The notes beneath the pieces are model-generated. The model did no database searches. It saw only the letters and a list, made by a program, of their open reading frames with translations, and was not told the DNA's origin. Below are positions 6,528-15,452 of a DNA stretch of 32,000 nt, piece after piece; within the stretch, counting starts at the first letter, position 1, and every line of letters begins with the position of its first letter. The translations under genes and the position numbers were made by a program. The stretch is from Bathycoccus prasinos (Eukaryota): assembly GCA_002220235.1 (NCBI GenBank), contig FO082266.1; one strand, 5' to 3'.

Positions 6528-8528
6528 ATGACGTCTTCTCGCACCCCGAGACGAGAGACCGAAGCTGCTCTGCCACCACCACCACCGAATACTTTCAACG
6601 CGACTACTACCGCGACAGAAAACACCGCGAGATCCGACGACAACGAGCGGGGGCCGTTACTGAGAACACGACGAAGAATTCCAAAACGCACGCGTTTCAC
6701 GCACAATCATCCGCCCGGTTTACTCGCCTTGAGCGGCACGGAAATCTGGGAACGGTTCAGCTATTACACCACGAGAGCAGTTCTCGTTTTATACGCGCGA
6801 GACGTGATATTCGTCCCAATCGATGATGAAGGAGAGAAAGAAACCTTCGTTTGGTTCGCTTGGCGTTTTGCCAAACTGCACGGAGTGGATTTGCGCCACA
6901 CCTCGGATATTTCGGAGGAAGCGCGACGCGCGCGAGTCGACGCGATCAGCTCGAAACTCTACGGCACGTACACCGCGTTCGTCTATTTAACCCCAGTTTT
7001 AGGGGGATATTTAGCGGATTTTACTTCGAAGCATCGGATGATATCGATCGGGATTGTGTTGATGTTCCTCGGGAACTTCTTCGTAGGAGCGGAGAGGAAC
7101 GCGTTCTTCCTCGGGCTGGTTTTAGTGGCACTCGGGAACGGTGGGTTTAAACCGAACGTTTCCGCCAGATTGAGCGAGATGTACGAGAATAAATTAGTAG
7201 TATCTTCGGGTGGTTTTCAGGGATCGGAGAGGAAAGGGAAGAGGAGGATGCTTCTCTCGAGGAAGGATTCCGCGTTTGGGATTTTTTATTGCGCCATAAA
7301 CGTCGGCGCGTTGTTCGCGCCCTTAGTGGCTGGATTTTTAGCGGAGAGGTTCGGGTATCAGAGTTGCTTTTTAGCGGCGGCAGTCGGAATGATTTTCGCC
7401 GGGTTGGTGTATTTCACCTTTCAGAGGAGATTGGTGTACCGAGGGGCGGCGTTAGATATCATCGTCGAGAGTAGAAAGAGTAGAAGGCGTAGAAACAACG
7501 ATACGAACAATACTACCAACAACATCACAGACGATTCAGACGACGAAGAAAGAGCTGGTGGAAGTACTGCTGTGGAGAGTGACAATGATACAGACGACGA
7601 CAATTTAGACGATGACGAAGACGACGCGTTGTTGCCCAGAAATGCAGCAAACAGCGACGACTTTGGTGGTACTGAAGACGCCGGCGAAGAAGAAGAAGAA
7701 CAACAGCAACATCACCAACAAAATAAACTCTCTCTCCTTCACGTCTTCAACGAAAACAAAGCGCGACTCACCGCGCTATTCGTCGTCATGATCACAACAA
7801 TTGGTTTCTGGGCCGCTTACGAGCAAGCCGGCAACGCTTTATCCATATTCATCGACGAGCGCGTCTCGCGCGACGGCGTCCCGACTGCTGCGTTTCAATC
7901 CATCAATCCTGGCATGATTCTCGCGCTGACCCCGGTGATCAACCGATACTGGAAATACCAGAGCGAAACCAATCGCGAACCGGACCAGGTGATGAAGATG
8001 GCCATAGGATGTTGCCTTCTCGGCCTCGCCAACGTCCTCCTCGCGTTCGCCTCCACCAATCTCCCTACCGGCGCCATCGCCGAGGCTGATTTACCTCCCG
8101 GAATGAAACTCAACCAATTTTGGATTTGGCTGTACTTCCTCGTCGCCACGGCTGGCGAACTGTACGTCTCCCCGGTTGGATTATCCTTCGTCACGACTGC
8201 CGCGCCAAAAGAAATCGTCGGTTTCGCCTGCGGCTGCTGGTTCTTATCCGCTTTCTTCGGCAACTATCTCGCCGGCGAGATTGGTTCCTTGTACGCTTCC
8301 GCGAAACCGTTTGCGTTTTGGTCAGCCGTCGGAGTTTTATCCGTCTCCGTCGGCGTCGCGTTGGCTCTCGCGAGAAACAAAATCGTCCACGCGTTAAAAG
8401 AAGAAGAAGAAGAAGAAGAAGAAGAAGAAACGAATAGCAGGAGTCGTGGTAGTAAGAGGAGGAGGAAAGGGAGGAATACTACTCGCGACGAACGAGACGC
8501 ATCCGGCGGATCGAATACCGCTTTGTAA
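6528..8528 (+). CDS. Proton-dependent oligopeptide transporter (POT/PTR2 family, DtpT-like core)
   Basis: ORF 6438..8528 starts at TTG; the first ATG is 6528. Motifs seen: GTEIWERFSYYTTRAVLVLY (ExxERFxYY), LTPVLGGYLADF, LGNGGFKPNVSA (PTR2 signature), FWAAYEQAGNALSIF, FQSINPGMILALTPV. There is a long acidic low-complexity loop between TM6 and TM7 and a poly-Glu tract near the C-terminus. Confidence 0.9.
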   Translation: MTSSRTPRRETEAALPPPPPNTFNATTTATENTARSDDNERGPLLRTRRRIPKRTRFTHNHPPGLLALSGTEIWERFSYYTTRAVLVLYARDVIFVPIDDEGEKETFVWFAWRFAKLHGVDLRHTSDISEEARRARVDAISSKLYGTYTAFVYLTPVLGGYLADFTSKHRMISIGIVLMFLGNFFVGAERNAFFLGLVLVALGNGGFKPNVSARLSEMYENKLVVSSGGFQGSERKGKRRMLLSRKDSAFGIFYCAINVGALFAPLVAGFLAERFGYQSCFLAAAVGMIFAGLVYFTFQRRLVYRGAALDIIVESRKSRRRRNNDTNNTTNNITDDSDDEERAGGSTAVESDNDTDDDNLDDDEDDALLPRNAANSDDFGGTEDAGEEEEEQQQHHQQNKLSLLHVFNENKARLTALFVVMITTIGFWAAYEQAGNALSIFIDERVSRDGVPTAAFQSINPGMILALTPVINRYWKYQSETNREPDQVMKMAIGCCLLGLANVLLAFASTNLPTGAIAEADLPPGMKLNQFWIWLYFLVATAGELYVSPVGLSFVTTAAPKEIVGFACGCWFLSAFFGNYLAGEIGSLYASAKPFAFWSAVGVLSVSVGVALALARNKIVHALKEEEEEEEEEETNSRSRGSKRRRKGRNTTRDERDASGGSNTAL

Positions 8529-8631
8529 TTTTGACTCCCGTGTGTGTTTGTGCAGCCACAAAGATTAGTCAAATGTCTCTTCATTATTTATTCACCTTTC
8601 GTCTTTAAAGCGCATTTAAACCATCGAAAAA

Positions 8632-10161
8632 ATGTCCACCACGAACGAGGGCGAGGAGAACAGACACAACGCCATTGAATTGGGCGTTCCCATCTCCTCC
8701 TCGTCGTTTACCTCGTCGTCGTCTGATGCGATGAAGATGAAGAATAAGAAAAATCCATTCGGGGAGGAAAAGAACCAGTCTTTCCCGGAAATGTTGATGC
8801 ATTTCCTGACCAAAACCATCCCGTCTTTAATGTCTCCTTTCCAAGTAAAACTCCTCTCCGTGGCAATTTTGGTCGCGTTTTTTGGTTTATTTTCGTTCGT
8901 GATGGAATCCGCGAACTCGAACGCGCAAACGTACGCGGTCATCATCGACGCAGGGTCGACTGGGAGTCGAGTGCACGTGTTTCGGTTCAAAAGGGCGTCG
9001 GGCGCTCGAGTATTGAAAGACGAGATTTTTCACGCGATTAAACCCGGGTTGAAGGCGTACGCGTCGGATCCTTTGGAAGCGGCGAATACGTTGGAACCGT
9101 TGATGGAAACGGCGATGAAGCACGTGCCGGAAAAGTTGAGGTCGAGCACGCCGTTGACGCTTAGAGCGACGGCGGGTCTGCGGTTGTTGCCGGAAGGGCC
9201 GGAAGCGGCGAGCGCGCTCTTAGAGGCGTCGAAAGTGAAAGTTGGGGAGTACGGGTTTCGGTTAGATGACGAGTACGTGTCTATTTTGGACGGGATGTAC
9301 GAAGGCGCGTACGGGTGGATCGCGGTGAATTATTTGTTGAGGAAGTTGAGCGGAAGCGTAAAGGCGACGAAGACGGTGGCGGTGGCGGATTTAGGGGGCG
9401 GGTCCACGCAAATCATGTACGCGATTGGAAATAGAGATGAAGTCAACCGAGCGCCGGAAGGGTACGTGTTGCCGTTGGAAGGATACGACGTGTACACGAA
9501 ATCGTTCAAAGGTTTTGGCATCATGGCGGCGAGAGCGAAGATTTTGACGCAAAATTTAGACGCCGGCGAGGAAGGATGGCAGTCGCATCCGTGCGCCGCG
9601 AAAGGCTTTCGAGGGGGATGCACTGAGAAGTGTTACGGATTAGAACCGGGGGAAGGGTATAGCGCGATTGGGCGGGATAACGGTGGCGATTTTGAGCAGT
9701 GCGTAGACGCGGCGTTGATGGCCATGGAGAAGGATTCCATGGAGTGCGAGGTCGAACCGTGCTCCTTCGCCGGCGCGTGGACGACGAAACGCACCACGCC
9801 TTTATACGGCATGAGTTACTTTTACGAAAGAGCGCAAGCCGCCAAAGCCGTGCACTGGCCAAACTCGGAAACGAAAGCGGTGAAAATCACCCCGAGCGAT
9901 TACAAAAACGCGGGGAAGAGAGTCTGCCAAACGCACGTCGATTCCATCTTAAAAGAATACCCGGACGCCGAGGAGGACCATTTCGAATACTTGTGCTTAG
10001 ATCTCGCGTACATCTACGCGTTGCTCACCAAAGGCTACGGGTTAAAAGACAAAGAACCGCTCTATTTGGTGGATAAAATCGATTACAAAGGCCAACCGGT
10101 CGAAGCCGCGTGGGCACTCGGCGACGCCATCGCGGTCATGAACGCGTTTCTCGTCGAATAG
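8632..10161 (+). CDS. GDA1/CD39 family nucleoside di/triphosphatase (apyrase), type II membrane anchor
   Basis: Apyrase conserved regions are present: YAVIIDAGSTGSRVHVF (ACR1), LTLRATAGLRLL (ACR2), EGAYGWIAVNYLL (ACR3), VADLGGGSTQI (ACR4). An N-terminal hydrophobic segment reads LLSVAILVAFFGLFSFV. Confidence 0.9.
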   Translation: MSTTNEGEENRHNAIELGVPISSSSFTSSSSDAMKMKNKKNPFGEEKNQSFPEMLMHFLTKTIPSLMSPFQVKLLSVAILVAFFGLFSFVMESANSNAQTYAVIIDAGSTGSRVHVFRFKRASGARVLKDEIFHAIKPGLKAYASDPLEAANTLEPLMETAMKHVPEKLRSSTPLTLRATAGLRLLPEGPEAASALLEASKVKVGEYGFRLDDEYVSILDGMYEGAYGWIAVNYLLRKLSGSVKATKTVAVADLGGGSTQIMYAIGNRDEVNRAPEGYVLPLEGYDVYTKSFKGFGIMAARAKILTQNLDAGEEGWQSHPCAAKGFRGGCTEKCYGLEPGEGYSAIGRDNGGDFEQCVDAALMAMEKDSMECEVEPCSFAGAWTTKRTTPLYGMSYFYERAQAAKAVHWPNSETKAVKITPSDYKNAGKRVCQTHVDSILKEYPDAEEDHFEYLCLDLAYIYALLTKGYGLKDKEPLYLVDKIDYKGQPVEAAWALGDAIAVMNAFLVE

Positions 10162-10300
10162 ATTTAATTTAGAAGAAATGTCGCGCGGCGTGTTTAACAA
10201 CTATTTCATTTAACGCTCTGCATACTACAACTTTAATAAAACTACACCGCCTCTCTCTCTATTCATCATCTCCGCGACGGGGACGACGACAGCGGAAGCG

Positions 10301-10867
10301 TTACCGTCCTCCCCTCGCGAGTCTCCTTCCCACCTTCTTTATCTTCTTCATCTTATTCCTCTTCAAAATCTTCTCCTCTTTCAAATCGTACCGCATCTTC
10401 CTCTCCCTAAAAATCTCTTTTTGCACCGCTCTCGCTATCTCTCCGTCCTTCTCCGCGAGTTCGTTCCAGCACGCGTTGGAGACTTCCCTGGACAGATCCA
10501 ACTCCAATTCTCGTTTTATCGCCATCTTCGTCTGCGCGTTTACTTTCTCATTCGTAGTAGTATTCATGTTTCGTAAACGCATCATCTGCGTCGACGCGGT
10601 GACTGCGAACGACGCGTACGTTTTCAAGGTTTCGTTTTGGAGTATCGCGTTGACTAAGCGCGAGCGAATGGAATCGAAGGTTCCGTCTTTTTTTAATCGC
10701 TTCAGCGTCGTTTTCGTCTGCTTGATCGTTTGTACAGGGGTGAGCTTTTGGTTTCGAAAGGTGGAAGGAGCCTCCTCTTTTTGTCGTCGTCCTCCTTTAC
10801 CTCCTCCGGAGGCGTGGTATCCTCCGCCTCCGCCGACTCCGGAGTGGTATCGTTGTTTTTTAGGCAT
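10301..10867 (-). CDS. Small basic protein of unknown function; weak resemblance to BOD1/COMPASS Shg1 domain
   Basis: Complete ATG-to-stop ORF of 188 aa with coding-like codon use. A Gly-rich N-terminus is followed by LKRLKKDGTFDSIRSRLVNAIL...KRELELDLSREVSNACWNELAEKDGEIARAVQKEIF. This loosely resembles the BOD1/Shg1 pattern (LK..G.FD..R....). The family call comes from memory only. Confidence 0.55.
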   Translation of the reverse strand: MPKKQRYHSGVGGGGGYHASGGGKGGRRQKEEAPSTFRNQKLTPVQTIKQTKTTLKRLKKDGTFDSIRSRLVNAILQNETLKTYASFAVTASTQMMRLRNMNTTTNEKVNAQTKMAIKRELELDLSREVSNACWNELAEKDGEIARAVQKEIFRERKMRYDLKEEKILKRNKMKKIKKVGRRLARGGR

Positions 10868-10988
10868 TTCAAAGCGTCGTTTAATTGAAGAAAAATGTGA
10901 GGTGTAAGCTTTTCGTGATGACGAATATCTGCGCTAGTACGAGTACTACCATCTCTTCTTTACAACACGCTTCTTTCTCTCTACTCTG

Positions 10989-12419
10989 CTACAGCGCGCT
11001 CTCTTCGAACAAATCTCTGTTCCACTCTAACACCCACTTGCCTAAGGCGTAATACGCGGCGACGTGGCGCAAGACGTATAAAAAAATCTCGACGAGTTTC
11101 TCTCGTCGAGACGCTTCCGCGAGCGCGTCCAAGGTTTGCGCCCAATCGAAACCGTCGACGAGTAAGAGCAAAGGGAGGAATCCGAAACGCGCGAACGCGT
11201 TTTCCGGTTTTTTGGGGATGCGCCAGACGGTGCGCCAGATGGTGGATGATTTGGAGAAGGTGCCGCCGAAAGAAGCGTTTTCGATGTTTTCGTTTTCGTC
11301 GTCGTTTTTTTCAGCGCTGAAGAGCGTTTCGAGATTTTTGGCGAGGCCGGGAAGGTGAGAGCCGCCGTAGAGGACGGAGAGCTTTTCTTTCGTTCGTGTT
11401 GTCGTAGGTTTCGTGTTGTTGTTGTTGTCGTCGTCTGAATCGTATAGCTGTCGCAACGCCTCTCTCAATCTATTTGTGGCGATTTCGTTTCTCTTTTCGA
11501 TCGTCGCCTTGGCGCCGGAACCGGATCCGTACACGTTCTTCCCTTGCGCGCTGACAATCATCTGCGCGAACGCTAATTTCCTCGCGCCGACGATATCTCC
11601 GGCTGATATCGCATCCACCATCGCGCCTAACACCGGTGCTGGTCTTCCGCCGCCCCAAATCCAATCCAACAAAAGCAAGTGCGCTTCCGGACACGGCACC
11701 AACCACACCAAAGATCTCGCGAACTGCCCGGCTCTCGGTAACGTCCTCGCCCTTCCGATGATAGTCACCAAAAACGCCTCTATTAACGCCGGCACTCGAA
11801 ACGCTTCCGTATCCGCCTCCTCTAAACTCATATCCGCTTTCATCTTCTCCAACTCGTTGCTCGAACAATCCGCGAGGTACCAGTTTGGTTTCTTAAAATC
11901 AATGGCGTCGAGCTGCGCGATTAATCCGTGCGACGCCGCCAACCGTCTTGCTTCGTCCGTCGGAGATAACGACACTTTCAATCGAGGTAAGGTTAACGAG
12001 CTGCTGCTCGTGGTGGTGTTTTCCGTCCTGCTCCGAATCATCCTCTCCACGTTCCGTTCGTCCGTCAACAGTTCGAACAAGACTGGATTTTCCTCGTTTT
12101 GCGAGACCAAATCTCGCTCTAAATTCTTGTAATATTCCTTCTCCCCCACGTGCACAGTGGCGATCAAATCGATCTCGCACGTTTTTTGTTCGTTCACGTA
12201 CGTCACTTGCGAGGATTGAAGCTCCCAATCGCCGGTGTCGGTTTCGTGTAATCGGAGATACGATTCACTTTCTGTTGTTGATGATTTTGACGACGACGAC
12301 GCTTTGGATATCGACGACGCTTTAGAAGATGAAGAAGCGAAGGATGGACGAGGATAAAAAAGGAGACGAGGACGAGACAAAGCAGTCGTCGTTATTGTTG
12401 TCGTCGTCGTCGTTCGCAT
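10989..12419 (-). CDS. TraB/GumN-family-like protein with a T/S-rich presequence
   Basis: ORF 10989..12512 starts at TTG; the first ATG is 12419 (MRTTTTTITTT..). TraB-like landmarks: IDLIATVHVGEKEYYKNLERDL..VLFELL, EKRNEIATNRLREAL, LSVLYGGSHLPGL. A hydrophobic C-terminal region is present. The in-frame (GGA)8 tract upstream of the ATG has no ATG of its own. Confidence 0.6.
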   Translation of the reverse strand: MRTTTTTTITTTALSRPRLLFYPRPSFASSSSKASSISKASSSSKSSTTESESYLRLHETDTGDWELQSSQVTYVNEQKTCEIDLIATVHVGEKEYYKNLERDLVSQNEENPVLFELLTDERNVERMIRSRTENTTTSSSSLTLPRLKVSLSPTDEARRLAASHGLIAQLDAIDFKKPNWYLADCSSNELEKMKADMSLEEADTEAFRVPALIEAFLVTIIGRARTLPRAGQFARSLVWLVPCPEAHLLLLDWIWGGGRPAPVLGAMVDAISAGDIVGARKLAFAQMIVSAQGKNVYGSGSGAKATIEKRNEIATNRLREALRQLYDSDDDNNNNTKPTTTRTKEKLSVLYGGSHLPGLAKNLETLFSAEKNDDENENIENASFGGTFSKSSTIWRTVWRIPKKPENAFARFGFLPLLLLVDGFDWAQTLDALAEASRREKLVEIFLYVLRHVAAYYALGKWVLEWNRDLFEESAL

Positions 12420-12582
12420 TTTGGTCTCTCCTCCTCCTCCTCCTCCTCCTCCTCTAAGCTGGGATTGTGCGAGTGAAGAATGAGTGGCGAATTGGAGCGT
12501 ATCTTTTCCCAAGAAATGTGGAGCGTATGCGTATTCGTATACATTGTTTCATACCTACGTATTTGTTGATGATAATAGTAAA

Positions 12583-14061
12583 CTATGGTGATGCTACTCT
12601 TTTATAAATCTGCACGTACGTTTCCCCGAGCGTGACTTGTTGCGCGAGGACTTCGTTGACGAACAAATCGTTGGTTTCGTACCAGTTCCCGTCGACGTGT
12701 TTCACGGTCGCTTTGCCGGCGGAGTCGACGTTGGCGAGCAAGTCGTAAGAAAAAGGATTACTATTGCTATTACTACCGGCCGCCGACGACGCTTGGATTT
12801 TCAGGTTTTTCACCGGGAACGTGACTATGGTTGGGTTCTTGCTCACCTCTTTCGTGAATTGATTTTTGCTGAACCGGTTGACGAAGGCTAAGATTAAATA
12901 CTCCGGGGCGGTTTTCAACGCGAACGGTTTCAAGAGCTCCGCGAGCGCGACTTGCGGGATGGCGTTTTTCTCCATCACGTCGCGGAATAAAGGCGCGTCT
13001 GGGAGCTTTAACGGCACGAACACGAACGGCTGCGTCTTGTTCTTTTGGTTCAGCATCAACAGCTCGCCTCGAAAGAGCTCGTCGACGTACTTTTTCGGCA
13101 CGACGAACGTTAAAAAATGTCGCAAAGTTGCAAACGGATCGTTGAATAAATTGTCGATGTCCGTCTCTAATTTCTCCGGGTGTGCGAGTTTGATTTGTTT
13201 CCTGAGCTTCCTCACGAACGAATCTGGACTGGTGTGGCCGCGAAAGTTATGTTTGTTCCATATCCTCTGACACAACGATTGCAACGTGTCGTTTTCATTT
13301 TTGTTGTTGTTGTTTCCGTCGCTCCTAATCAAAGACGCGGATAAAAAATGCGCCCTTAACTTTTCCACCCTCGCGAGACTTTGCACGATTGAATTCACGC
13401 CTTTCGCGTTCTCCACTCGATTCAACCCAACCACGCCGACTAAATACTCCGTCCCGTCCAACGCTTTCGACCATATCGCCTCCTTCTCCAACCGCTTAAT
13501 CTCTTCGCTCGTAAATCGAGGAAACAACACTTTCCTCACGTCCTCTAAACTCGCATCGAAAATCTCGTAGTTATCTGGAAGACAAAACGCTCTGCCATTT
13601 TCCAAGTGCATGAACACGAAGTGGTTTTCTCGTTCCAACGCGTGCGTATACGCCGGCGTCTTTGGGCCTCTCCCGGCGAAAAAATGCCCGCAGGTTAAGC
13701 AACAGTAACAGTTTTCTTTCGCGAACGAGACCGAACATCTTTTTTCGAAATCAAAGTCCAACAGCGGGCGGTTGACGAAGGATAAGTACGGGCACGTTTT
13801 TGGTGGTGGAGGAGGAGTACACGTGTGTTCGGTTTTGGTCGTCGTTTCATCCTCCTTCGTTGTTGGTGTCGGCTGCTGATTTTGCTCGTCGTTCTTCATC
13901 TTCATCTTCTTCTTCTTCGGACCACCCACCCCGGCATGAGTAGTATCGTCATCAGCGGCGTTATCCTCGTCACCATCCTCATCACCACCACTCGCTTTGA
14001 TACTCTTCGCCTTGGAGGAAGCCGCTTTAACGGTGGCTCCTCGTTTCCGTTTCGGAGGCAT
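12583..14061 (-). CDS. USP39: U4/U6.U5 tri-snRNP-associated protein 2 (USP39/Sad1), inactive USP-fold protein
   Basis: ORF 12583..14160, trimmed to ATG 14061 (MPPKRKRG..). The ZnF-UBP block CPYLSFVNRPLLDFDFEKRCSVSFAKENCYCCLTCGHFFAGRGPKTPAYTHALERENHFVFMHL..FCLPDNYEI and TEYLVGVVGLNRVENAKGVNSIVQSL parallel human USP39. The USP Cys-box position (13381..13437) has no Cys, as expected for this pseudo-enzyme. Confidence 0.9.
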   Translation of the reverse strand: MPPKRKRGATVKAASSKAKSIKASGGDEDGDEDNAADDDTTHAGVGGPKKKKMKMKNDEQNQQPTPTTKEDETTTKTEHTCTPPPPPKTCPYLSFVNRPLLDFDFEKRCSVSFAKENCYCCLTCGHFFAGRGPKTPAYTHALERENHFVFMHLENGRAFCLPDNYEIFDASLEDVRKVLFPRFTSEEIKRLEKEAIWSKALDGTEYLVGVVGLNRVENAKGVNSIVQSLARVEKLRAHFLSASLIRSDGNNNNKNENDTLQSLCQRIWNKHNFRGHTSPDSFVRKLRKQIKLAHPEKLETDIDNLFNDPFATLRHFLTFVVPKKYVDELFRGELLMLNQKNKTQPFVFVPLKLPDAPLFRDVMEKNAIPQVALAELLKPFALKTAPEYLILAFVNRFSKNQFTKEVSKNPTIVTFPVKNLKIQASSAAGSNSNSNPFSYDLLANVDSAGKATVKHVDGNWYETNDLFVNEVLAQQVTLGETYVQIYKRVASP

Positions 14062-14184
14062 GATTTTTAGAGAGAAATTTTGTGTCGATTTTTCCCTTAC
14101 ACAAAAAAGTAAAAAAAATAGATCAAAAACACACACGTGAACACAAAAAATGAACAACACGCGAAGCCCCCGGCCGCGAAGAAC

Positions 14185-14193
14185 AAAAAAAAA
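14185..14193 (-). terminator. Pol III oligo-T terminator of tRNA-Trp
   Basis: A9 on the plus strand, i.e. T9 on the minus strand, 9 nt past the tRNA 3' end. Confidence 0.7.
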
Positions 14194-14202
14194 CAGTAGT
14201 GA

Positions 14203-14313
14203 TGACCCGTGAGAGGATCGAACTCCCGGCCGTTGGATGGTTTAACATTCATTTTCATCATTTGGATGATTTTGGATTGGAATCCAATGCTCTACCAGCT
14301 GAGCTAACAAGCC
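14203..14313 (-). tRNA. tRNA-Trp (anticodon CCA) with a 38-nt intron (14239..14276) at the canonical 37/38 position
   Basis: Hand-folded cloverleaf on the minus strand. Acceptor GGCTTGT/ACGGGTC (3 G-U pairs). D arm GCTC-AGCTGGTA-GAGC. Anticodon stem TTGGA/TCCAA, loop TT-CCA-A^intron^A. Variable loop CGGCC. T arm GGGAG-TTCGATC-CTCTC. Discriminator A. The mature length is 73 nt. A T9 run lies 9 nt downstream (14185..14193). Confidence 0.85.
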
Positions 14314-14891
14314 TTAACCCTAATTTTCGACGAAAATAAGATACTTACTCTGTCGTATGCTGTGCAATTTTTCCTCGGACACGAGAGGCAACCAACCGCT
14401 GAATTTATCATCACTTTAACGCACACATTTGAATATCATTCACCTACACCCACATAGAGTGCGTTTCTTTTTCTTTTTCGTCTGGCATCGCGGACGCGCT
14501 TTCCTCTACCGCGCGAAGTCGTGCTCGCGTTCGCGATGGCACGTTCGCGTTGATGTTGTTTGAGCAGCGGCGTTTCGGATTTTTTTTTCTTCGTTTTCCG
14601 AGAAAAAAATTTGCGGCAGAGAGACGATGATAGAAATTTTATATAAGAAGAGAAGAAGAGTGTCCAGATCAGATGATGTAGTTATAAACTTTTACTAATC
14701 GACTCGGAAACGGACGATTGGATGTTTGTTTAGCATGAATTGAACGCTTTATGGACGAAGGATCGGTCGCATAAACGCGTCTTCTTTGACTTTTGTTTTT
14801 TAGATTACGAATTTGCCGCTGACTCACTCGTCTCTCTCCTCTCTTCTTTCAAACAAATAATACTAAAACAGAAAGAAAACCTTCAGCAAAA

Positions 14892-15128
14892 ATGAGCTCT
14901 TCAACCGCGATGTATGCATCGCTCTCTATCCTTTCCCTCTGCGCGTTGACCGGTACCGGCGTCGCGATTGGCTCTGGCGTCGGCATGATGTCGATGGCAG
15001 CCTTGGAGGCGGAAAAGAAACAAACCAACGTCGCGGCGCACTCCGTCAAGGAGAAGTCTTGGGTGGAATCGAAACAAGTTTCGGGCTCCTCCGCGCAAAG
15101 AGGCTTCGCGGCGGCTGGACGTCAATAA
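14892..15128 (+). CDS. Hypothetical small membrane protein (78 aa) with glycine-zipper N-terminal helix
   Basis: ATG-to-TAA ORF: MSSSTAMYASLSILSLCALTGTGVAIGSGVGMMSMAAL..., followed by a polar tail. It is GC3-rich and codon use resembles neighbouring genes. It is the only plausible ORF in the 1.1-kb gap between tRNA-Trp and POLA2. No family recognised. Confidence 0.4.
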   Translation: MSSSTAMYASLSILSLCALTGTGVAIGSGVGMMSMAALEAEKKQTNVAAHSVKEKSWVESKQVSGSSAQRGFAAAGRQ

Positions 15129-15452
15129 TTTCATCGATGATTATATAAAAGTCTATTCATCAGATTGTATCATTCATCCATGTTTTGTTGTCCCCACCCA
15201 CCCGTGTGTTTTTAAAAAGAAAGAAAGAAAGAAAAGAGAGATTACCGATGCGTCGCGGCGATGAGTTTCGACAAGATTTGTTGTTTTAAATCGATCGAAA
15301 AGCCTCGCTTGAGAAAAGATGTGTCAGTATATTTTTACGTTTGTTGTAATATTATAATGTCGGGTACCGAGAGAGAAGTTTCTCTTGGGGCTACTGTCGA
15401 AAGGAGCCTCACGAAAACGCTGAAGATAATTTTAAATTTAGTATTATTAGTA

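Noticed and set aside
13381-13437. Loss of the catalytic Cys in the USP Cys-box of the USP39 homologue (GVVGLNRVENAKGVNSIVQ).
   Set aside because: This is real but expected. Sad1/USP39 orthologues are known pseudo-proteases, so it is not a novel observation.
14341-14352. ATACTTACTCTG resembles the U1 snRNA 5' end (AUACUUACCUG). GTGCAAT nearby is the complement of the U1A loop motif.
   Set aside because: An 8-nt match is expected about once per window by chance. There is no U1-70K loop, no proper Sm site and no 4-helix fold downstream. The upstream promoter space is occupied by tRNA-Trp.
14684-14693. CTTTTACTAA matches 10 nt of the invariant U5 snRNA loop 1 (CCUUUUACUAAAG). A U-rich Sm-like stretch lies ~115 nt downstream (14795..14805).
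   Set aside because: I could not fold the flanks into the U5 stem 1b/1c-loop architecture. The loop match lacks the first C. The Sm-like site is GUUUUUUAG rather than AUUUUUG and is too far away. The chance expectation for the 10-mer is about 0.06 per window, so it is not negligible. It is worth an Infernal scan but is not a call.
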